This document shows, in pieces, positions 49,725-60,700 of a stretch of 64,000 nt of DNA. Every line of letters starts with the position of its first letter. Position 1 is the first letter of the stretch. This stretch comes from an uncultured candidate division Zixibacteria bacterium (GTDB taxonomy: Bacteria > Zixibacteria > MSB-5A5 > GN15 > FEB-12). Below the pieces are notes generated by a model. That model was not told the DNA's origin. It did no database searches and saw only the letters and a list, made by a program, of their open reading frames with translations. A program made the position numbers and the translations under genes. The stretch lies in contig CAWDXE010000006.1 of NCBI GenBank assembly GCA_963806185.1, positions 32,001-96,000 on the forward strand, in the 5' to 3' direction.

Positions 49725-50839
49725 CTAGCGGCCCAGGACAAAATCGACACGCGCAAGCGTCACCCCATTGATCACCAGCTCCACCGCCTGCTTGCCCGGC
49801 AGATGGGTGCGGGTGCTGTGATTCACAAAGGGATGTGTGGTGGTCAGTTCGAGCGTTCCCCCGGCCGGGACCTGCTTTTCGGCCCACTTGAACACCTTGG
49901 GGGACAGCTTACCATTCTTCTTAAGAAAATGAATCTTGTAGTCAATTGCCAACTTTTGCGACTTTGAGCCGGTCGAGAACAACTGCAGCGTCAGATCCCC
50001 CTTGCCGCCAATCCTCAACTTCTTCGGTGACAACGAGAACTTCCCCAACTTCAGCTTGGGGTCGGGGGTGAAATCGAATATCGGAAAGACCTTGGCGTGC
50101 CCCTTCTTGATCAGCGTCCGACAGGCATGCTTCACTATCCAGTCGGTGTTCTTATTGCCGATCCTTCTTCCAGGCCAGCGCTGTCCTGATGACCACCTCC
50201 GGGTGATCCTTGGAGATATCGTTCAGGTTGTTGGCAACTGCCTTCCGGACATACAGCGAGGGGTCGGCTTTCAGTTTAGCGAGCAGTTCCAACACCGGCT
50301 TCGGATCCTTGCGGAAAGCCGGGATATGCGCAATCCAGACCCCGCGCGGACGGCTCCCTTCGGCCGCCAGTCGGCGCACATGCTCGTTGGGGTGACCCGC
50401 CCAGCGGTGCAGAACCGGCAGCATCTTGTCCAAATAGGTATTTATGTACGGCCGAATGGTTGACTCACATGTCCCGTGCTGAGTCAAGTACTCCATTGCC
50501 CGTACCGATTCGTCGAAATGCTCCACCCCGAACAACTCGACATACGTCGTCAGAATCCAGCTCTGGAAGCCGCTGGTATGCGGCGAGACGGCAATCAGAA
50601 TATCCACTGTCTTGCCGTATTCTTTGGGTAGGAAATCTGATGTAGCGCGTCGCCACCCACTTGCCGCGCGCCTTGAGTTCGAGCTTCGGGAATTCGGGCG
50701 TGATGACAGCCGTCATGAATTTCTCAATCGGAAACTTCGCCCAGGCGTCGTGGAACATCTCGGCCAGACTGCGAACGGACTCTGGATTGATGTAATCTTT
50801 CCAGAGTCCGCTTTCAGGTCTTTCGGATATTGCAGGCAT
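49725..50839 (-). CDS. DNA alkylation repair protein (AlkC/AlkD-like), broken by frameshifts near 50640 and 50160
   Basis: Three consecutive ORFs: LELKAR; HVRRLAAEGSRPR...YVRKAVANNLNDISKDHP; KHACRTLIK...IDYKIHF...KVFK...TRTHLPG. Confidence 0.8.
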
Positions 50840-50851
50840 GCGTCCCTGTTG

Positions 50852-52660
50852 CTACTTCGCCAATTTCACAAAATCGTCAACATCCGCAATCGACCGCTTC
50901 ACCGCCGCCACCCAGAAATCGTCCTTCGTCAGATCGACTCCCAGATGCTTCATGGCGACTTCCTCGGTCGTCATGCTGCCGGTGTCGGCCAGCAGCGCCC
51001 GGTATTTGTCGGCAAACGCCTTCCCCTCTTTCTTGGCGCGGTCATACACACCGCCCGCGAACAGATAGCCAAAGGTATACGGGAAGTGGTAGAACGGCGT
51101 ATCGGTGATGAAGAAATGCAGTTTCGAACACCAGAACAGCGGGTGACACCCCGACTCATCCAGCAATTCGCCATACGCCTTGCGCTGCGCGTCGATCATC
51201 AATTCGTTCAGCCGATCCTTCTGTACGATTCCGTTCTTCCGCTCGGCATAAAAGCTCTTGTCGAAAAGATACCGCGCATGGATGTCGGTGAACATCACGT
51301 ATGCCCCTTGCAGCTTCTGGTCCAGAAGCATCAGCCGCTCCTCGCGGTCGGTCGCCTGCTCCATGGCGGCATCGGTGACCAGCGTTTCGGCGAAGATCGA
51401 CGCCGTCTCGGCCAGGGTCATCGGATACCAGGTGGCAAAATACGGATGCTCTTTGAGCACATAGCTGTGATAGGCGTGCCCCAATTCATGGGCCAGCGTC
51501 GACAGATTCTCATACGTGCCGGCGTAGGTCATGAAGATACGGCTCTGCCGAAATGGCCCGGTGCCGGTACAGTATCCGCCTCCCCGCTTGCCGGGGCGAT
51601 CCTCCGCCTCCACCCACCGCTTCTCGAGCGCCATTTTGCAGAAATTGGAGAAGTCCTTTGAAATCGACGCGGTCTGTTCAATCACGAAGTCGCCCGCCTC
51701 TTCAAACGTGTACATCTTCTCCACCGCGCCGCACGGCGCGAACTCATCCCACCACGAAAACTTGTCAATCCCAAGCAGCTTTTTCTTGGCGTCGATATAC
51801 GGCTTCAGCTTGGCCGTCTCGCGGCCGATCACCCGCCACATCGCGTCGAGCGTCTCTTCCTTCAAACGGCACAGCGTCAGCGGCTCATACAACGGGGACG
51901 TCCACCCGCGGCGATTGTATACCGACAGCCGGAACCCGGCCTGCGCGTTGAGCGCCATGGCCGCCATATCGTCCCGCGTCTTCCATGCCTCATTCATCTT
52001 CTGGAACGCCTGATGACGAATCTCCCGCCGCGGATCGGACATCTTGGTCGCCAACTGCCCAAGTGACATCTTCGTAGTACTGCCGTTTTCGTCGAAATCC
52101 ACCATCAGTTCGCCCGACATCCGGTCATAGAGCCGATTCCAGGCATGGTACCCATTGACCGCCAGCTCCAGCGCCAGCGCTTCCATTTCGGGCGGCATCT
52201 TCCTCTTGGCCAGTTCCCGCATTTCATTGAGGAAGAACCGGACCGGCATCAACTCGCCCGTTGACACCAGCTTCTGCCAGGCCGCATCGGCCTGCTTGAG
52301 CGCCAGTGCCTCGAAATCCGTCCGCATCTTCTCCCACTGCGAATTGCATTCGTCTCCCTCGCCGACTATCGCTTCCGCCTTGACGTCTTTTACGTTCGCC
52401 GAAACAAGCATATTGGCAAACGAACGGACCAGCTCGATACTCTCGCACGTCGACTGCAGCGCCAGGATAAATTCGCGCCATTGCGGCGCGGTGGCGTCCG
52501 ACAAGGTAGTCGGCAGCGCAACCAACAGCTTGGCCGCCTGCGCCAATTCATCTTTGGTCTTGGCGCGAAACTGCGCGTACTTGGCAGATTGGCTGCCGCC
52601 GGGGAATATTGAGTCCAGGTCCCAGGTCGGAGCCGGAGGTATTTTGGTCATGGTTGCCAT
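50852..52660 (-). CDS. M3 family oligoendopeptidase (PepF-like)
   Basis: WDLDSIF, GKRGGGYC, HELGHAYH, LAETAS, FYHFPYTFG; ATG 52660 follows GGAG. Confidence 0.93.
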   Translation of the reverse strand: MATMTKIPPAPTWDLDSIFPGGSQSAKYAQFRAKTKDELAQAAKLLVALPTTLSDATAPQWREFILALQSTCESIELVRSFANMLVSANVKDVKAEAIVGEGDECNSQWEKMRTDFEALALKQADAAWQKLVSTGELMPVRFFLNEMRELAKRKMPPEMEALALELAVNGYHAWNRLYDRMSGELMVDFDENGSTTKMSLGQLATKMSDPRREIRHQAFQKMNEAWKTRDDMAAMALNAQAGFRLSVYNRRGWTSPLYEPLTLCRLKEETLDAMWRVIGRETAKLKPYIDAKKKLLGIDKFSWWDEFAPCGAVEKMYTFEEAGDFVIEQTASISKDFSNFCKMALEKRWVEAEDRPGKRGGGYCTGTGPFRQSRIFMTYAGTYENLSTLAHELGHAYHSYVLKEHPYFATWYPMTLAETASIFAETLVTDAAMEQATDREERLMLLDQKLQGAYVMFTDIHARYLFDKSFYAERKNGIVQKDRLNELMIDAQRKAYGELLDESGCHPLFWCSKLHFFITDTPFYHFPYTFGYLFAGGVYDRAKKEGKAFADKYRALLADTGSMTTEEVAMKHLGVDLTKDDFWVAAVKRSIADVDDFVKLAK

Positions 52661-52773
52661 GGAGTATCTCCTTCGTTTCTTGAATAATGGCCGAAGATAC
52701 TCGCTCGCGCGCTCCGACGCAAGCATCCGCGACGGGCTCCCTATATCGGCCCCGAATAGGTATATTGCCCGGT

Positions 52774-53052
52774 ATGACTGAGCCTGACGACCCTATCGAG
52801 TATCCCGTCGATGGCACCCTCGATCTGCACCAGTTCACCCCTACCCAGGTCAAGGAGGTAGTGCTGGAATACATAGTGGCCTGCCTTGAGAAACGGATCT
52901 ATGCCTTACGAATCGTGCATGGCAAAGGGATTGGTGTCCAGAGGGAGATTGTCCGCTCGGTGCTCGAAAATCACCCCCACGTTGCCGCCTTTCGCCACGA
53001 GGGCGGTTCCGGCGGCTCCTGGGGCGCCACCGTCGTCGACTTGAAGCCGTAG
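52774..53052 (+). CDS. stand-alone Smr/MutS2 domain protein
   Basis: LDLH, IVHGKG, WGATVV. Confidence 0.9.
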   Translation: MTEPDDPIEYPVDGTLDLHQFTPTQVKEVVLEYIVACLEKRIYALRIVHGKGIGVQREIVRSVLENHPHVAAFRHEGGSGGSWGATVVDLKP

Positions 53053-53088
53053 CTCGGCTCGTTCATCCCGTCAGGGGCACCCCGGTAC

Positions 53089-53114
53089 CCCACCGGAACG
53101 GTGGGTTCAATTTC
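53089..53114 (+). terminator. possible terminator hairpin after the Smr gene
   Basis: CCCACCG-GAA-CGGTGGG followed by TTCAATTTC. Confidence 0.4.
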
Positions 53115-53171
53115 AATGGCTTTCCCCTATCGAAGTGCTGAGCACGCTGGCGACCCACCAGTCTACCGTAT

Positions 53172-53256
53172 CCCCTCTCGTGTCACTCTGGCCCCTCTCA
53201 CCTCGTCATTCCGGGCCCCTCTATCTTGTCATTCTGGGCCGAAGGCCCAGAATCCA
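53172..53256 (+). repeat. three degenerate tandem units ending in a REP-like hairpin
   Basis: CCCCTCT..GTCA(C/T)TC(T/C)GG three times; GTCATTCTGGGCC-GAA-GGCCCAGAATCCA at 53228-53256. Confidence 0.65.
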
Positions 53257-53484
53257 TGGGGTTTGCCCACAGAATAATACATGGCTTGCGGTGACCCGCA
53301 CGCTGGGCAAAGTGCTAGCGGCATGAGGTCCCCTAGCTGCACCAATTTGCGTGAAGAGAGTGGCATGGATCATGCAGTCCAGTCGTGATGGCTGAAAACC
53401 GTTGGAACTCGCGTACCAATCGTGTCACAAGATTCTGCTTGACTCGTATCAGAATAGTGATGAAATACAGATTAGGAAGTAAGC

Positions 53485-54531
53485 ATGACAACTATACCCC
53501 CTAATCCCAAGATGCTTCAGGATGCGCTCCTGCTTGCTGAGACTATTCTGACGGATATCGAGTTAAGCCAGATTGTTCTCACAAAAATTGCCATGAAAGC
53601 AAGTCGTTTGGCGAGGTTGTTAAGCGACCATCCGTATCAAGAGATCTTTTTTTACGAGGCTTCGGGTTACCCTACAACTCCAACTGGGATTCCACCCGAA
53701 ATATTTGAACTCTGTCGGCTTGCGGGACGCATGGTTGAGGAGGAGGATGCCAAGTCGCATCAGATCACTACAAAAGCATATACCGACTCGATCGAGGCAA
53801 TTGAGATTTCTCTCGACACTCTATCCAAGTCTATTGAATCTGCAGTTGATCCGAACGTTTCGATCACGTCTGCTAACCCTAGTCAGTACGTAATGTCTCC
53901 GACGGGAAATCGATACGAGAGGGGCGCGTTGCGTACTCAGATTGGCCAGACTGCTCGTCGATTATCGAGTCGCCGAGCGTTTATTTATGATTATGTCTCG
54001 ATGAGATACATTGAACTCAAATATTCCCAACTTGCATATGATCTTTTCTCAGCCCTACGGATACGAGTTGATTCGCTACTTACCGAGCTATTGCCGCAAT
54101 CGATAACTAAGCTATCGTCTATCTATGACAATCTCGTTTCACCTAATCCTGAAGATTGGTCCAACGCCGCTCATTCGTGCCGTAAGGTTCTTCAAGATCT
54201 AGCGGATGTTGTGCTCCCGGCCACGACGGAGACGAGGACAATCGATCGAAATGGTAAGAGGCAAACCATCTCTCTCGGACCAGATCAGTACAAAAACCGG
54301 CTAATGGTCTACGTTTCAGACAATTCCGATTCAGAAACATATGAAGGAATTGTTGGATCAACTCTAGAGTTCATAGGTGATCGATTAGACGCCATCCTGA
54401 AGGGTGCCCAGAAGGGTTCACGTGGTACAATCTCGAAAGAGGAAGCCGAAAGGTATGTGGTACACACCTATATGCTGGTGGGTGACATTCTGTTTCTCTT
54501 TCAATCGAAGAGAACCCCGCCATCCTTGTAA
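53485..54531 (+). CDS. AbiTii-like domain protein (putative defence gene)
   Basis: N-terminal ILTDIEL...KASRLARLL...YEASGY resembles AbiTii-type N-termini (from recall); visibly AT-richer than neighbours. Confidence 0.55.
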   Translation: MTTIPPNPKMLQDALLLAETILTDIELSQIVLTKIAMKASRLARLLSDHPYQEIFFYEASGYPTTPTGIPPEIFELCRLAGRMVEEEDAKSHQITTKAYTDSIEAIEISLDTLSKSIESAVDPNVSITSANPSQYVMSPTGNRYERGALRTQIGQTARRLSSRRAFIYDYVSMRYIELKYSQLAYDLFSALRIRVDSLLTELLPQSITKLSSIYDNLVSPNPEDWSNAAHSCRKVLQDLADVVLPATTETRTIDRNGKRQTISLGPDQYKNRLMVYVSDNSDSETYEGIVGSTLEFIGDRLDAILKGAQKGSRGTISKEEAERYVVHTYMLVGDILFLFQSKRTPPSL

Positions 54532-54623
54532 TCTAGATTTTTGGAAGATGTTTCTGCACATTGTGCATGATCGCCAGCCAGAATTGCCTTCTGCGGCTTT
54601 GATGCTATTATTTTCCCCCAGTG

Positions 54624-54650
54624 CTGGATTCCCGCCTTCGCGGGAATGAC
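54624..54650 (-). repeat. REP-like palindrome
   Basis: Minus strand GTCATTCCCGC-GAAG-GCGGGAATCCAG. Confidence 0.7.
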
Positions 54651-54688
54651 ATCGTTGGCAGTTCTCAGTAAACTCGACGCCCCATACC

Positions 54689-54720
54689 AAAAACCCCGCC
54701 CGGCGTGAACCGGACGGGGT
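54689..54720 (-). terminator. intrinsic terminator of the giant gene
   Basis: Minus strand ACCCCGTCCGG-TTCACG-CCGGGCGGGGT-TTTT, 20 nt after the stop. Confidence 0.8.
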
Positions 54721-54740
54721 AGGTAATGGTGCTGTGGTGA

Positions 54741-57700
54741 CTACTTGAGGAGCACCATCTTCTTGGTGGCGCTATACGCACCAGCCGTCAAACGATAGAA
54801 GTAGATACCCGAAGCATATCTACCGGCATCCCACACCACTTGGTAATATCCGGGCTGGTCCTCACCCTCAAACGCGTTCACCGTCTGACCCAGGATATTG
54901 TATATCTCCAGCCGCCACTTGCCCGCTTCGGGCAGTGCGAAATCTATCTTCGTCTGAGGATTGAACGGGTTCGGATAGTTCTGCGACAAGCTGTACGCCG
55001 TCGGCAGATTCGACAGCTTCGTCGCCACCACCAGACCGTCCGCCGAACCGATGTCGACGCTCTTCACCGCTGCCGTGTCCGCTCAGCGTCAGCAGCTCGC
55101 CGGTTTCAATCGCACCCTTGCCGGTGGAACTGAACACCAGGATGCGCGTCACCTTGCCGTCGAAGCTGTATTGCAGCTCCATGTCCTTCGCCGCGGAGCC
55201 AAGGACCGGCTTAACGTCACCCTCGACCACCACCTGCACGCCGCCTATTCGCGTGTTGCAGTCGCTGATGCGCAAGGCATCGCCGGAGACCGCCACGGTC
55301 GCCTCGTAGCCGGCGTTGGGATTGAGTTTCTCGTACGGCGAGGCATCGCCCACCACCACGCGGATCAGGTACACCAGGTCTCCGACCGTCAGCGGTATGC
55401 CGTCCGCATTCACGTCCGAAGCCGCTATTGCGCCCTTCAATCCGAACGTTGGCGGGATACACGTCGGGCAATCCTGCGGGAAAGCGCTCAGCCCCTTGAT
55501 GAAATACTGAGTGAACATGACCACGTCGGCGATTTCGTACGCCAGATCATTCAGGTTGATATCACCGCGCGCGTCGATGGAATCAGCGCAGACGATATCG
55601 ATGCCGCCGTTGGTGAAATCGACACACCGCTGCGGCAACCCCTTGCCGCCGGGGATCAGGCAGCTATTCGGCGCGCCGAAGTAACTCGGCATCGGGTACG
55701 AATTGTCGGTGATGTTATGCAGTTCGAGATCGAACACGTTGCGCGAAATCCAGAGCGTATCGCCGCCCTTGCTCGACAAGGCGTTGTCACCACACTCGAG
55801 CCAGAAGAAGCTCACCGGCGCGTACTGGCACTCGAGCGACCGATCATTCGACACCAGGAAGTCTATCGTCGCCATCGTCCCTACCTGACCGTCAAAGAAA
55901 CAGCTCGGATGGTACGCTCCGTTGTTCGTCTCAGCGATACCGGCGATACGCAGCAGCCCGCTCGGACAGCCGTCGCCGCAGTTGCCGTCGGCGCCGTACC
56001 GAAGGTGAAGTACTCCCAGCCGCAACCTTCAAAGAGCGAACCGGGCGTCACCGTGTAGGGGGTCAGAGCCGTCGCGTCATACGCGATCAGGAAACTGAAT
56101 CCGCCGAGCGGCTTGCCCGAACCGTTCAGGAAGATATCGACCAGTGAATGCTGCCCCTGGAATGCGTCGTGAACCTTCTCGATCTGCACGTGTATGCATT
56201 CGTCGATCTGGACTTTGACACAGATCGTATCCTTGTCGATCAAGCCGCATTGATCGGTCGCGGTCAGTTCAAGACAATAGGTTCCGGTCGTGTCGGCGTT
56301 GAAACAGACCTGGCCGTTCGCATACGTTCCGAGCGGCGATACGGTCACGCTACCAACATTGAGGTCCGGATCATTCACCGTGATGTCAAAGCAGACCTCG
56401 CCCACTGCTTCAAGATAGGCCGTGAAGTCGGGCAGAGGTGTAATCACCGGCGCGGCATTGAAGTTGACCGTCACCACCGACGTGTCATAGTCCACCGCTC
56501 CGCAGGCGTCCGTCGCCTTGAGTATAAACTGGTAAACCTTGTCCGATCCGTCGCCGTTGGGCGCCGTCAGGCAGATCTTCCCGGTATTACTGTCATACGT
56601 GCCGAACGGCGAAAGCAATTCGCACGTCGACAGATTGTTGTCCTCGTCGGTACAGCCCGCGGTGATACAGACACTCGCGGTGCCGCAGGCGAAGACCGTC
56701 GTATCGCGACCGGCATTGGCCACCGGCGCGGCATTCAGATTGATCTTCACGAAGAACGAATCAATGCACGACGCGCCGCACGAGTCACTGCACTGCACTT
56801 TCACCTTCACCAGTTGATCGACCGTCGGCGTGAAGACCCAGTTGCCGCCCACCAGCGATCCCGGCCCGGCCAGCAACTCGCAATGTGAGAAATTGCCGTT
56901 CGGATCGGTCGCCCCGACCGGAATGGTGATCTGTGTCGGAGTGCACTGGAATACAACGGTTGTGTCGGCCGGGGGCATCTGGCAGACCGGCGGCGTGTTG
57001 AGCGCGATCGTGATGACTACCGTATCCTGGTCCGCCACACCGCAATGGTCCACTGCCCGGGTGATGAACGTGTAGGTCCCGGACGAACCCGGCGTGAAGC
57101 AAATCTGCCCGCCCGCATATGTGCCCGGGCCACTGATCAACTTGCAGCTATCCAGATTATTGTCGGGATCGGTGCACGACGCCGGCCAGCACACCTGCGT
57201 CGGCGTGCACAGCTTCAGCGACTGATCCGGGCCGGCGTTGGCCACCGGCGGCCGATTCTGCAGTACGTTCACCGTAATCGTATCCGCGTCACCCGCGCCA
57301 CAGGCGTCTGTGGCAAGCACAATTATCTGATGTACGCCCGCGCCGATTGGCGTGAAGCAATACGGGCTGACGGCATTGGTATCCGCCACCGTGCCGTCAA
57401 GCTTCACGAATCGAATCGAAATATTGTTATTGGCGTCAGTGATCGTGAACGGTATGCACACCGGACCGGTCGCACACTGGAACACCGTCGTGTCGGCGCC
57501 AAGTGTCACCACCGGCGCGCTATTGACTGTCACATTGTAGGTCGCCGTGATCGTGTCGGCCTTGCCGCACGAATCAGCCACCGCTGCCGTCACTGTGTAC
57601 GTTCCGGCGGCGCTGATCGTGAAGCACCATTGCCCCGACGCGCTCACGGTTCCGCTGCCCGTCAGTCTCGACCAGGTCAGCCCGTTGCCGTCCGGATCGG

Positions 57701-60700
57701 TCGCCGCGAGTTGGCGACACACCTGTCCACCGGTCGCGCACACGAAGGTATCGACAGGCGTCACCTCGGTCGCCACCGGCGCCCGGTCGATCTGGACATT
57801 CACTTCAAGGTCGCAGGTATCGGCGCCGCAAGCACTGGTCGCGATGACGCGCAATACATAGTGTCCGGTCGTATCGGCCGTGAAGCAGACGTCACCACTA
57901 TTGTACGTACCGATCGGCGACACTGTGACCGTCCCGCCGCCCATCACACCGACCGGGATACATACCTGGCCGGCCGAGCAGAGGAACTTTGACGTCACAC
58001 CCGGGCAACTCAACTGCGGCACGCTGCCGATGGTCACGTTGAACGTCACCTGGCAGGTGTCTGCGCCGCACGAGGTGGTGGCAATTACCGTCGCTGTGTA
58101 GGTTCCCGACACCGCGGCGTCGAAACAAAGCTGGCCGCCACTATAGGTACCAAGCGTCGTCGTCACCGTGGCTGTGCTCGGTGTTATCTCAAGTGTCTGG
58201 CACACCGGCCCCGCCGCGCACAACGATACCGCTATCGGACCGCTCGGGCAGGCTATGTCGGCCCCTTGACCGGTCGTCACAGTTATAACTACGGTATCCT
58301 GATCACTACCACCGCACGAATCGACCACACCGACGATAAACTGGTAGCTGCCCGCGCCGCTCGGCGTGAAGCAAATTTCGTTGGTCGCTGTGTTGATGGA
58401 TCCGAATCCGGAAATCATCGTTTCCGTCAGGCCGCTCGTCCCGTCGGCATCGCTCACATTGTAGTTTAAGCAGATCGGCGACAATGTGCACTGGAACACG
58501 GCGCTGTCGGCCGGCAACGTCACCACCGGTACCGAGTTCAACACCACAGTCACTGTGACCGTGTCGTCAGCCTCAAGACCACAGGCATCTTCCACGTGGA
58601 GGACAAAGACATAACTGCCCGACGCATTCGGCGTGAAGCAAATCTGCGAACCGTTGAATGTACCCGGCCCGCTGAAATCACACACATTCTGATTGTTATC
58701 CGGGTCGGTACAGGCTGCCGGCAGGCATATTTGCGTCGGCGTGCACTGGAAGACATTGGTGTCCGCGGGTAATACCGCTACCGGCGCCTGATTGACCGTC
58801 ACAACCGCATCAATCGTGTCCGCTGCCGTGGCGCCGCAATTATCCGTGATCGTCAGGATGAAATGATACGTCCCGGTCGTATCGGCGTTGAAACAGACCT
58901 GCGAATTGGCCAGGTCGAGCGTCCCGCCGCCCGCCAGCGTGATGACCGGCGTTGGGCTGTCATTGTCCGTCGCCGTGAACTGGAGACAGACCTGCTGCGG
59001 TCCGCACAGGAAGAACGGGTTGTACGATGCAAATTCAATGGTCGGCTTCGAGTTGATGCGGAAATCAACCGTGAAGCTCTCCGTGCAAGTCGCTCCGCAT
59101 GAATCAGTGCACTGAATGCCGACCGTCACGACCTGGCTCTGGGCCGACGGCGTGTAGCACCAATTGCCGCCCGTCAGCATACCCGGCCCCGATGTAATTT
59201 CGCACGACAGCAGGTTGTTATCGGTGGCATACGCCGGCAGGCAGACCTGCGTCGGCGTGCACTGGTAAATGACCGTGTCATTCGGCACGACGCAGACCGG
59301 CGCCGCGTTGAGCGTGATATATATCACTGATGTGTCAACGTCGGTCTTGCCGCAGGCGTCGATGGCTTCGAGAATGAACGTGTAGGTTCCCGACGTCGAC
59401 GGAGTGAAACAGATTTGCGATCCGTCAAACGACCCCGGCCCCGCGATCAGGTTGGTCGCCGTCAGATTGCCATTCACATCCGAACTGCCGGCCACCCAGC
59501 AAATCGCCTGTGGCGCGCAGAGCACAACAGTCGAATCGCGACCGGCGTTGGCCACCGGCGCGCTGTTGTGCGTGTAATAGATCACGACCGTGTCGTAGCT
59601 GATCAGACCGCAGGCGTCGGTCGCCTTCAGCACAAACTCATAATTGAGCGTTCCGGTCGGCGTGAAGCAAATCTGGCCGCCGCTGTATGTACCGGGGCTG
59701 TTCACCAGCTGAACAGTGGTGAGATTGCCGTCGGGATCGGTCGCGCCCGCCGGCCAGCAGATTTGCTGTATTTCACACTGGAATATTGTCTGATCCGGCC
59801 CGGCGTTGACCACCGGCGCCCGATTCAGAGTCACTGTCACTCTAAGCGTGTCAACCGCTGTCGCACCGCACGAATCCAGCGCTTGCGCGACAAGCGTGTA
59901 TACTCCGGCCACCGTCGGCGTGAAGCAAAGCTGACCGGCGTTTAGTGTTCCTGAACCGGAAAGCAGCGTCACCGCCTGCAGGTTTCCGTTGGCGTCACTA
60001 ACCGTGTATGGCAGACAGATCTGCGCCGCGGCACACTGGAAGAGCGATGTGTCATTGGCCAGCGTCAGTACCGGCACGGCGTTGATCGTTACATTATATG
60101 TCACAGTAACGGTATCCGCCGCCCCGCATGAATCAGCTACCTGCGCGACGACACTGTATGCACCCGAGCCGGCCGGCGTGAAGCACCACTGACCGTCCGC
60201 CGCCACTGATCCGGCGCCGGAGATTCGACTCCAGGTCAGCGTTCCGCCATTCACATCCGCAGCGGAGAAACTGTAGCACACCTGAGTCGCCACACACTGG
60301 AAGACATTCACCGGTGTCGTCGGATTCACGGCCACCGGCGCGCTGTTGCGCGTTACCGTCGTCGATACATAGCACGTATCCGCGCTGCAACCCGTTCCTG
60401 CAATAACGCGAATCACATAGGTACCGCTCGTGTCGGCCGTGAAACAGAGTTGACCCGCACTATAACTGCCAATCGGCGAAACAGTCACTGTCGCACTCGC
60501 CGGCGTCACTGTCACCGGCCGGCAGAGCGAGGTCGGCGCGCAGATGAAATAGCTCGCCGCCGGCGGACAGGTCACATCGGCAAATTCGCCGAAGGTCACT
60601 GTCACGTGTACCGTATCGCGGGCCGTCACACCGCAGGAATCGCTCACCTGGGCGATAAAGGAGTAGGTGCCACCGGTGCTTGGTGTGAAGCAAATCTGAT

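Noticed and set aside
53172..53256. CRISPR array
   Set aside because: Only three degenerate ~20-24 nt units, no spacers, no cas genes
53135..53326. 63-aa ORF upstream of the AbiTii-like gene as a partner or antitoxin
   Set aside because: Runs through the repeat and hairpin, has no ribosome site and no protein-like features
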